A stretch of DNA of 64,000 nt from Selaginella moellendorffii (taxonomy: Eukaryota > Plantae > Lycopodiophyta): contig NW_003314271.1 in NCBI RefSeq assembly GCF_000143415.4, positions 1,260,204 to 1,324,203 on the forward strand, in the 5' to 3' direction. Under the pieces are notes generated by a model that was not told the origin of the DNA, did no database searches, and was given only the letters and a program-made list of their open reading frames with translations. The position numbers and the translations under genes are program-made. Each line of letters opens with the position of its first letter. Position 1 is the stretch's first letter. Of the stretch, positions 38,958 through 48,164 are shown in pieces.

Positions 38958-39017
38958 CCACGTGGCAGGACTTATACACCACGTGGCATGTACAACGTGG
39001 CTAGGGCTTACGTGGCC
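38958..39017. promoter_or_regulatory. Cluster of four ACGTGGC ABRE/G-box elements
   Basis: CCACGTGGC, CCACGTGGC, AACGTGGC and TACGTGGCC within 60 bp, ~100-155 bp upstream of the RLK ATG. Confidence 0.6.
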
Positions 39018-39021
39018 AGGC

Positions 39022-40378
39022 TTACATGGAGACCTTGGGCAACTCGTAGTCCTGCTTTAAGATCTCTTGGCTCACTGGATCGACCAATATATCGTAGTTC
39101 ACTGAGGCCTGCGTGCGAAAGAGAATTTCATCACAAAGATCGATCGAGAGGTAGAAGATCTTACCTTGATGGGGGGCCTGAAAAACGAGGCTCCCACATT
39201 CCCATAGAACCCTATGCGCAGGTGGATCGGGAGCTCGCGCCGCGACACATCCGCGAGTAGCTGGGCCGAATTATAGACGATCTCGGCGCCGCGGAGATCG
39301 ATCGTGCCGCTCACCTCCACGCTCCCTCGCGCCGGGATCTCGCCGCCCTCGAGCTCGCCCTTGCACATCTCGTAGCCGTAGTAGTCGACATAGACCGTCA
39401 TGCGATCGTAGCGCACGCCGATCACATACCTGTTCCTCACGCGAAGATTCACGCCCAGATTGACGTCCAGGACCACCTCCGGGATCATGGAGTTGTCTGG
39501 GAACTTGCTGTTCGTGGAGAACCCTAGCAGCTGGACGCTCTCGACGGTGATCTCCGGGGGCTTGGGCCACAGCAGCCACGCCAATCCGCCCAGGACCAAG
39601 AGCCCTAGGACGACCGCGATCGTGATGAAGGCCCAGTCGGGGAATCCGGGGATAACTCGCTGGAGATTTCGCGGAGCGCTCGTCGCGCTCGCGGGGACGA
39701 GCAAGGAGATGTGTTGATTGCCGCATTCCTGGCTCAGGATCGTGTTGTTGCGGGGATCTACGACGAGATCGCAAGAGATTGCTACCTGGAATCATTGAAA
39801 ATCGATAAACCCTAGGCTCTAGAGCAAGCAGAGCAAAGCCCCACCTTGATGGATGGATGGATCGCCAGGATCTCGAGATTTCCATCGAATCCCGCCGCGA
39901 CGCTCACTGGAATCTTCTCCTTGTTCGCATCCGAGATCAGCCGCATTGCGTTCTTGACGATCTCCAGCCCTTGGAGCGTCGCATTGGCGGTGAGATTGAC
40001 CGTCCTCCTCGCCGGGACGCTGCCGCCCGCCGAATCGACATGGCCGAGCTCATCGCCATGGTAGTAGATCCTCACCGTGACGCGATCGTAATCCACAGCG
40101 AAGAAATTGGGATTCTCTACCTGGATCTCCAGGCGGAGATCCACATCCAGGTGGACGCCGCCGGTGGTGTTGAGATTCAAGCCCTTGAAATCAAGCCCTA
40201 CTACCTCCAGCTCCGGATCCCGGGGCCACAGAAAGAACACGAGGATCACGAGCGCCAGGAACACGCTAATCAGGGAGCACAGCTTCGCGACAGTCCTTGC
40301 CTCGCAAAGCCCTGATTGCCTCTGCGATCTCTCTTCTTCCGGCTGATCCGGGAGCTCGTGATAGCTTGGATCCTCCAT
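39022..40378 (-). CDS. Tandem double TM+LEA_2 (NHL/HIN1-like) protein, 3 exons
   Basis: Exon 1 MEDPSYHEL..FFLWPRDP..VENPNFF..HPSIK splices in frame to VAISCDLVVDPRNNTILSQEC...LLWPKPP..VRNRYVIG..PPIK, then ASVNYDILVDPVSQEILKQDY..*. Confidence 0.8.
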
Positions 40379-40462
40379 AGCCAGCAAGAACACACACGCG
40401 CTCGTTTTTCCCGTGGAGCTCTTAAGCTGAAATGCTGTCCGATCGACGCAGTGGAAATGCTG

Positions 40463-40526
40463 ACACGTAGTGCCTGCCAAGTCTACTTCAGTGTCACGTG
40501 GCAAGCTGTACTTGCGCCACGTGGCC
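40463..40526. promoter_or_regulatory. G-box/ABRE elements in the ~160 bp divergent promoter of the LEA_2 gene and the PPR gene
   Basis: ACACGTAG, GTCACGTGGC and palindromic GCCACGTGGC. Confidence 0.5.
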
Positions 40527-40536
40527 ATGCGATGGC

Positions 40537-42297
40537 ATGGCGCCAACGCAGAGGGATGAGTACGTACTGCGCATCCGATCTTGCGGGACGAGTCTTCAAG
40601 AGGCGCGGGAGATCCACGGGAAGATTCTCCCTTTCATCAAGCCCGGGGATTCCTACGTCTTTAACAAACTCCTGGAGCTCTATGGGCGATGCGGCAGCAC
40701 AGCTCTCGCGCGAGAGGTCTTCGATGGCATGGCGATCCGGGACTATCACTCGTGGATCTTGATGCTCACGGCCTACTCGCAGAATGGAAACATCGAGGGC
40801 ACGAAGCGGCTCTTCGATCGGATGCCGCAGAGGACTGTTGTGTCGTGGAATGTTCTTCTCACGGCATTTGCCCAGAACGGGCATTTTGACGATGCGAAGC
40901 GCGTCTTTGATTCCATGCCCGAATGGGATCTCATCTCCTACACGGCAATGCTGGTGGCTTTCTCGCAGAACGGAGACCTTGATGATGCTCGAAAGATCTT
41001 TGATGCCATGCCGGAGAGGAATCTCGTCACTTGGAACTCGATTCTCTCGGCGTTCTCCCAGAACGGGCACCCGCAAGAGGCCCAGGGCGCGTTTGATTCC
41101 ATGCCCGAGCACAGCCAAGTCTCTTGGAACGCCCTCCTTGCGGCATATTCCCAGAATGAGATGCTGGAAAAGGCAAAGGACGTCTTTCACAAAATGCCAG
41201 AGCAAAACTTGGTATCCTGGACGGCTATACTCGTGGCATATGCTCAGAAGGGGCATCTGGAAGATTCTAAGAGTCTCTTCGACTCGATGCCCGACCGGAA
41301 TCTTGTGTCTTGGAACGCGATGCTGTCGGCATATGCCCAGAACCACCGTACGGAAGAGGCCAAGCACACGTTTGACACGATGCCCGAGCGGAGTCTAATC
41401 TCGTGGAACGCGATGCTGTCGGCCTATGTACGGAATGGGGATCTGGAAGATGCCAAGAAAATGTTTGACGGGATGCCAGCGCAGGACCTGGTATCGTGGA
41501 CCACCATGGTGACGGGATATGCCCAAGCAGGGAATATCCGCGAGGCCAAAGCTTTGTTTGACGACATGCCCCAGCAGAGCCTCGTCTCCTGGAACTCGAT
41601 GCTGACGGCATATGCCCAGGGCGGGCATCTCCGTCACGCCCGCCAGATATTCCAGCAAATGCCCCAACAGGACGACGTCTCCTGGAACGCGATGCTCGCC
41701 GTACAGTCTCGTACGCCCTCCGCCACCGCCGCCGCCGCCCAGCTCTTCGAGAGACTCCCGACGCTCAGCGCCGCCTCGTGGGGCGCGATGATCGCTGCTT
41801 ACGCTCACAAGGGCCGGTCCTGGAACGCATTTGGGGTCTTCGCTGCAATGGCGCTCACGGATCTGCCGAATGCTGCTTGCTTCGCCTCGATCTTCATCGC
41901 TTGCAGCCACATTGGGAAGCTCTCGCTGGCGCACCGCTGGTTCCTGGCGATGCGATCGGACTACGCCATGGATCCCACCAAGCAGCACTACTGCTGCATG
42001 GTGGATCTCCTCGCGCGCGCCGGCTACCTCGCGGATGCCCTAGACCTAATCGCGCAGATGCCCTTCGTGCCGGACGTGTGGGAGTGGACGAGCGTCCTGG
42101 CGGCCGCCAGGAGCTACGGCGATGCCCGGCGCGGCGCCGCCGCGGCGGAGGGGATTTTAAATTTGAATCCCGCGGGTAATGGCGGGGCATATGCGTACGT
42201 GATGCTTGCGAACGTCCACAGGTGCCAGGGTCGAATCCTGCCAGCGCAACGCCAGCTATGTGGTGGCGATGGACAAGGCATCGATACTCTCCCATAA
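40537..42297 (+). CDS. PPR protein dominated by 31-aa SS-type repeats, with E domain
   Basis: About 11 repeats of VSWNAMLxAYAQNGxxxxAKxxFDxMPxx; C-terminal QHYCCMVDLLARAG, MPFVPD..WTSVL, YVMLAN. Confidence 0.92.
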   Translation: MAPTQRDEYVLRIRSCGTSLQEAREIHGKILPFIKPGDSYVFNKLLELYGRCGSTALAREVFDGMAIRDYHSWILMLTAYSQNGNIEGTKRLFDRMPQRTVVSWNVLLTAFAQNGHFDDAKRVFDSMPEWDLISYTAMLVAFSQNGDLDDARKIFDAMPERNLVTWNSILSAFSQNGHPQEAQGAFDSMPEHSQVSWNALLAAYSQNEMLEKAKDVFHKMPEQNLVSWTAILVAYAQKGHLEDSKSLFDSMPDRNLVSWNAMLSAYAQNHRTEEAKHTFDTMPERSLISWNAMLSAYVRNGDLEDAKKMFDGMPAQDLVSWTTMVTGYAQAGNIREAKALFDDMPQQSLVSWNSMLTAYAQGGHLRHARQIFQQMPQQDDVSWNAMLAVQSRTPSATAAAAQLFERLPTLSAASWGAMIAAYAHKGRSWNAFGVFAAMALTDLPNAACFASIFIACSHIGKLSLAHRWFLAMRSDYAMDPTKQHYCCMVDLLARAGYLADALDLIAQMPFVPDVWEWTSVLAAARSYGDARRGAAAAEGILNLNPAGNGGAYAYVMLANVHRCQGRILPAQRQLCGGDGQGIDTLP

Positions 42298-42406
42298 GGC
42301 GGGTATTTCAGGGATGTGTTCTTGCGTCTTGTTTGGCGCGGGCTAGGGTTTATAGCGACGCCGATCTAGGTTCTTTCGTCGATCGATCGCCGGATCTTGA
42401 CGCGGT

Positions 42407-44092
42407 ATGGTGAGCGATCTACGTCTTGCGGCGCTCGTGCTCCTTGTAATCTTGTTCTTCTGCTACGCGTCGGGACCGGGGATCGGGATTGAGCTCCATT
42501 CCGGGGATCCGGAGCCCGATGAGCATTCAATCGCGGAGATTTCGGAAGCGCAGCACCAGATTGTCGAGTCGGATGAACAGCTCCTTGAGATTCCATCCAA
42601 TCTAACCAATGACATAACCAATAACAGGGATCTTGCCGAAGAAAAATTTCCAGCTCTGTTCACTGAGGTAGGTTCTCCGGCTTTTTTCTTCTCTCGTTTT
42701 TTTTCTTTGTTCGTCTGAACTGATAGAACTTTCCAGAATTCTAGCAAGGGAGAAGAAGTCACTGCCTTTGATCCCGTGCACCAGAATTCTAGCAAGGGAG
42801 AAGGAGTGGAGCTTGGCACAGAGCTAGTGGTTTCAGGGGAAGAACGAAAGACGGTGCGTTTTTCTCTCGTTGGTTTGGACGAGTACAAGCGACAGGCGAC
42901 GATTGAGGCCTCGGCAAACGAGAATCCAGTCGAGGAGAATACCACTGTCCGGCACAAGCTCGAAGCCGAGGGCAAGGAATACAACTTTGCCGCAGCCTCG
43001 CACGGTGCGAAAGTTGTGAGCTCAAACAAGGACGGCAAGGGTGGTGGCAACATTCTCGTCAAGGACAACGATAAGTACTTTCGCAGCCCATGCAGTGCCG
43101 AGGAGAAGTTCGTGGTTGTGGAGCTCTCCGAGGAGACTCTGGTGGACACAATCGTCATCGCCAACTACGAGCTCTACTCGTCCAATCCAAGGGAGCTGGA
43201 GCTGCTGGGGAGCCTGATGTTTCCAACCGAGGAGTGGAAGCTCTTGGGGAAGTTCGAGGCGGAGAACGTGAGGCAACCCCAAAGGTTTGTGCTGCCGAAG
43301 CCGGAGTGGGCGAGGTATCTCAAGCTGAGGATACTGTCTCACTATGGGGCGGAGTTTTACTGCACGCTTAGCGCCGTCGAGGTGTTTGGAGTCGCGATCG
43401 AACGCATGCTGGAAGGTTGGATTGGCAGGAAGAGCAATGAAGACTCTGGTGGCGATCCTTCACGAAAGCCGGATGTAGGAGACAAAAGGGACGCATCAAC
43501 AACGCCTGGTGGTCCTACGAACGCTGGTCCCGCAGGAGGTTCCACCGGTGGTTCCCATGGTTCTTCTACGACGTCGCTTAACAAGTTCCTGATCGAAAAG
43601 TTGAAGCAATTGGAAAGGGAACATAGAGTTCTGGAGAAGTACGTTGACGATCTGAGCACTCATCACAGCGCTGTTTTGAAGGAGTACGATCAGGAGCTGT
43701 CGAACGTGATGAAGCGACTTAAGAGTATGAATGACGCTTGGAAGAAGCAAGTAAGATTATCATATTATATGTTTCCTTCTCGTGCTCACTTTGCTTTGTT
43801 GATTTGTTTGTCTTTGAAGCTACGTGTCGCTGAGGAGATGTTTTCCGAATCCACGGGGGAGCTCAGGTATGGTTTTCTCGCAATCCAGGTCGTTTTCTTA
43901 TATGGCCTCTCTCTCTCTTATTTTCCTTTTTGCAGTCTATGTAGGATGCAAGTGGCTCGCATGGCCGATCGAGAGCTCGTTGCGTTCAGTGTGGCGCTCC
44001 TGGCAGCGACGCTTCTCATTTTGCCAAAGACCAAATTCCCAATCGTCCTTGCGGTAGCAGGCTCTCTGGTGATGCTCATACTTGCCGTGTGA
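42407..44092 (+). CDS. Mid-SUN (Sad1/UNC-84, SUN3/4/5-SLP1-like) protein
   Basis: N-terminal hydrophobic segment; YNFAAASHGAKV..NILVKDNDKYFRSPCSAEEKFVVVELSEETLVD..ANYELYSS..LRILSHYGAEFYCTLS; coiled coil; two C-terminal TMs. Confidence 0.9.
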
Positions 44093-44756
44093 CTGAGGAG
44101 GACTGGAACAGCAGAGACAAGCTTTTGTCGATTCGAAGTTTGTAGATCGATCAAATCGTCGTGAGACGGTGGCGATTTTATTTTTCCCAGGTGGCGATGA
44201 TTTAAAGGATTAGTGTAAAGGAGCAAACGAAGAGGGATTACCTTTTTTTCTTGTTATTTAGCGTGAATCATAAGAGATAAAGACATATCCGAAAGTTTTT
44301 CAGACATAAAACTTGCTTGCATAGAAAAATTTTCACTCAACTTTGTTCTATCATGGCAATTTGCAATCATGGTGCTTTCATTTACTCTTGGATGGATTCT
44401 AGCCGTGGGCGCAGCTTGTTTAGCCGCATAGATCGATACCACATGGTTGCTTCGGCGAGTTCGTCCTCCATGTCACCTCTAAATTTGGGTCTCTCTTCGT
44501 CATGCCAAGTTATGGCTGGAGACGAGTTGAAGAATAGCTTGTAAATCACTCGCCACAATAATCCCCACATACTTTCCACAAAATTCCTTAGATAGGGTTC
44601 TTTAGTGCGACACTTCATATAGTCAAAAACAACCTTTTGCAAGACTTATGCGAAATACCCTTTCTCCTTTTGGCGAGCAATAGGGTTTATAAAGCCGTCT
44701 TCCTTTCCAGGGAGTAGGGTTTATAAAGCCCGCCAGGTCTTGTGGGGGAATCTGGT

Positions 44757-45841
44757 ATGGCGCTTGTGTTCTTCGTGATCTTGCTTTTATGCTCTATCTT
44801 CCAACTGGGAATCCCGACTTTGGTACATCTTTCCATTGTTCTCTGTTTCTTTGATCTGACTCTTGAAAATTTGCAGGGAGGGGGCCCGGTGCCAAAATTC
44901 CAAGTTACTAGCCTTGCCGAGTATAAGCGCATGGTGAACACGAATGAATACGAGGGTCCATTTGTCCGGCTCGAAGAACATAACTATGCCGCGGCCGCGA
45001 ACGGAGCCAGAGTCGTGAGCTTCAACAAGGAGGCCCAGGGTGGTGGCAACATTCTCAACAGGGACAAAGACCGGCACTATAGCAGCCCATGCAGTGCCGA
45101 GGACAAGTTTGTGGTTGTGGAGCTCTCGAAGGAGACCTTTGTAGGCGCAATCCTCATAGCCAATTACGACGAGGATTCGTCCTATCCAAGAGATCTGGAG
45201 CTTCTAGGAAGTCTGGAGTATCCGACCGAGGAATGGACGCTCTTAGGGAGGCTTGAGGCTAAGGATGATATCGGGGCTTTTCAGGCGTTTATACTCCCCA
45301 GGACGGATCACTGGGTGAGGTATCTCAAGCTCAGGATATTGTCACACCACCGGGAGGAGTCCCGCTGCACGCTTGGCACCATGATGGTGTATGAGCCCTT
45401 GATTAAGCGCACCCGGCCCAAGGTCTTCGATTCTTCATTCAAGCCACAACAACCGCCATCGCCCGCTCCCCCAACATGTACGTGTAAATCGGCCAAGGAG
45501 CTGCTGGGTGAAGAGACTCAGAAGGTAGGTTTTCTGGTCACTGAAATTTAGTTTGGCTGGACTGGAGAAGAGTTTTGTCATTCAAGTTCTTCCCTTTTTT
45601 TGTGATTTGCTTATGTTCGCTATTGTCTTTGCAGATATTGGCCAAAGCTCGGAGTTGTGATGCATGGACTTTTGATCCTTACATAGCTTTATTGGCAGTT
45701 CCTCTCATTCTTTTCCAGTTCTCATTAGCATACAGATGTGGCCTAGTTGATCAACGGTTCTTTACAGGGACAATATTCTCAACAGGGATATTTTATGTTA
45801 TAAGTTTTGTTTTTCATTTTGCTCAAAGTTATTATGTTTAG
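44757..45841 (+). CDS. Second, divergent and shortened mid-SUN paralog
   Basis: HNYAAAANGARV..NILNRDKDRHYSSPCSAEDKFVVVELSKET..RYLKLRILSH; no long coiled coil; two C-terminal TMs. Confidence 0.75.
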
Positions 45842-46814
45842 AAATAACCATGATATGAAATGTTAGTTAAGGTTTTCAATTTACATCCATTGTATTATGG
45901 TTTCATGGATGCTGCAAGACCCATCAAAAAACATGTATTATTAAGGAGTATAGGACTTAATTTACCTCATGATATATATTGTTACTGATTTTATTTAAGA
46001 TATTTAAATATTATTTTCTCAGTTATCTTAAATTTTTTTAAAGAATTTAATAGTTTCCCTAACAATTATGAAAGAGCAGGATGGTTTAATTCTTTTATCT
46101 TGGAGATCCTACTGAAAATAGCCTCATCCCCCTCCACCATATCATTGCCACTGGTAGTATAATGAAACATTCCCCTAGATTGATAAATATAAGGTAAAGA
46201 CTTCTTAAAAGATGACTTCTTGTTACATTTTATTGACGTGATCAATATAAGGGAAATGCTATTTGATATCCTTATAATTTGCAGAGATAAACAATCATCT
46301 TCTATGCTTATTATTAGGAAGAAAAGAAAAATAGTTGATCACCTATAACAAAGATATGTGAGTGCATAGAATATGGAAAGAGAATACAAAAAATGTGCCC
46401 TTAACTTATATACAGAAGCGAGTGGTCCAGATTGAAACCAATCCAATGGCTACCAAAGTCCCGCTACACTAATATTAGTATACAACATCATAACCATACA
46501 CTTGGACTTCACATCATCCCCTCTTTTCAGAATAATGAAAAACCATCAAAGTTTTCTTGTAGATGGGTTGGGATCTGGAAGAACGCTAGTAGGAGGTATT
46601 GACGGATTTGTAAGTGGTATCAATTGTTCCTAATCCCTTTGTACAAAGTATTTCAACTATTACTGTAGCACACGTGGTTTTGACCCTTATCCTATGGTGA
46701 TTTACCATAGGATAACACCACAAAGCAGAACCTAAACCCTCTTTGTGCCATGTGACAGATGCCACGTGTCACATGCCACGTGTCCATAGGAACCTGAGGT
46801 TTAGGGCCTTGGGC

Positions 46815-47492
46815 CACTAAACGAACGAACGCTGCCAAACACCCTCGCTATCATGCCCTTTGTGTTAGTCTCATTTTGGTCCCAAATGCTATTTATGGAA
46901 AGTGTCCAGATTTGCTCATTTGGCATATCTACGGAATGTAGAGATCGGCCTGAACACAATGGTGTTCGTCCCGTGTCCAAATTCGCAATCTAAAGACATT
47001 CCATATTTAGTAAGTTTCGAGCTTGTCCCAAAGACTAACTCCTGATACTAAGGGAGGCTTGGGGTGAAAGCCCAAAGCGTGTGTTCTTCAAGGGGGGGGG
47101 GCTGTGGGGGGTTCCAAATGTATAGTAGGGATAGTGGGTAGGTCGGGCATGGCCGACCAACCTGAGGCTAGCTCCCGTTTGCGTGCCTGTCCTTGTTCTG
47201 CGTCCGGCTTGGGTCTAAGCCCAAGCCCAAGTTCCATTCCATGCTAGTTGGTGGAGTACCCATATCCTCGCGTTAGGCCACCGGTATGCCGAAATAGCGC
47301 CAGACTCCGTTTGGCTCCGTTTTGCGTGTTAGTCCTGGCATTAGGATGCTGGTTGCTCCAGGATTGTTCCAAGTCGCCCCGGGCCCCTGTCCCTTCGCTC
47401 CTTGAGCTATATACTTGAGAGTTGCTCCGTGGTTCGGTTCCATCACTCCTTGGCTCACGCTTGGGAGTTTGGCACCGTTCGTTCGTTTAGTG
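46815..47492. mobile_element. Non-coding segment bounded by 26-bp inverted repeats beginning CACTA (possible non-autonomous CACTA/MITE)
   Basis: CACTAAACGAACGAACGCTGCCAAAC (46815-46840) versus GTTTGGCACCGTTCGTTCGTTTAGTG (47467-47492). Confidence 0.5.
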
Positions 47493-48164
47493 TAGCGCAT
47501 TTGATCATAGGATGAGATTTGGATATACTGTCACCGTGGATCCTTGGAACCTTGGGAGATAAATGGGGATAAAATAGCCACTAAGGGCTCTCTCATCAAG
47601 CAATTGCCCTTTTTCCAGTTGGCTTAAGGGGAGAGAGATAAAGTGCGCTACAGTTGGTATCAGAGCAAATGGCACGGGTTTGATTCTCATTGATTAGTGG
47701 CTCCTTAAAAGTATAATATACCCTTGAGTAAAGTATATTCCTACCCCTAAATTTGAAATCGTACGTATTGGGCATCCATGCGTACGTCTTTCCTCTTGTG
47801 TGGAGTATCCACGGACGAAAGTATCCACTGTGGGACTGTGGTACGGGTGGATGACTAGTTGCCTCACATGGAATAGCTGGTCTACACAATGGAAGGATTG
47901 GTAGATTGAGTGCGGAAATGAAGGTGCTGGTTCCCCTTGGCTCAGCAGGGGTTGTTAGTCAATAGTCAATAAGGACATTGACATCTCTGAAGGGGGGGTG
48001 AGTGTAGTGCATATGATCATAGGATGAGATTTGGATATACTATCACCGTGGATCCTTGGAACCTTGGGAGATAAATGGGGATAAAATAGCCACTAAAGGC
48101 TCTCTCATCAAGCAATTGCCCCTTTTCCAGTTGGCTTAAGGGGAGAGAGATAAGATGCGCTACA
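47491..48164 (+). mobile_element. TRIM (terminal-repeat retrotransposon in miniature): 162-bp LTRs, PBS, PPT, no ORF
   Basis: Direct repeats 47491-47652 and 48003-48164 (about 7 mismatches); PBS TGGTATCAGAGC (tRNA-iMet) at 47655; PPT GAAGGGGGGGTGAG at 47989-48002. Confidence 0.9.

Larger units (their letters stand above)
46664..48164 (+). mobile_element. Nested composite insertion in the gypsy integrase, flanked by a 5-bp target-site duplication ATTAC
   Basis: ATTAC at 46659-46663 and 48165-48169; termini TGTAGC...GCTACA. Confidence 0.8.

Noticed and set aside
44382-44642. 86-aa minus-strand ORF between the SUN genes
   Set aside because: Non-ATG start after a stop and no recognisable motif; at most an unidentified fragment.
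47491-48164. Retrozyme (hammerhead) or Cassandra 5S-bearing TRIM
   Set aside because: Minus strand has TTGATGAG but no CUGANGA plus GAAA core in a proper stem context; no 5S rRNA similarity seen.
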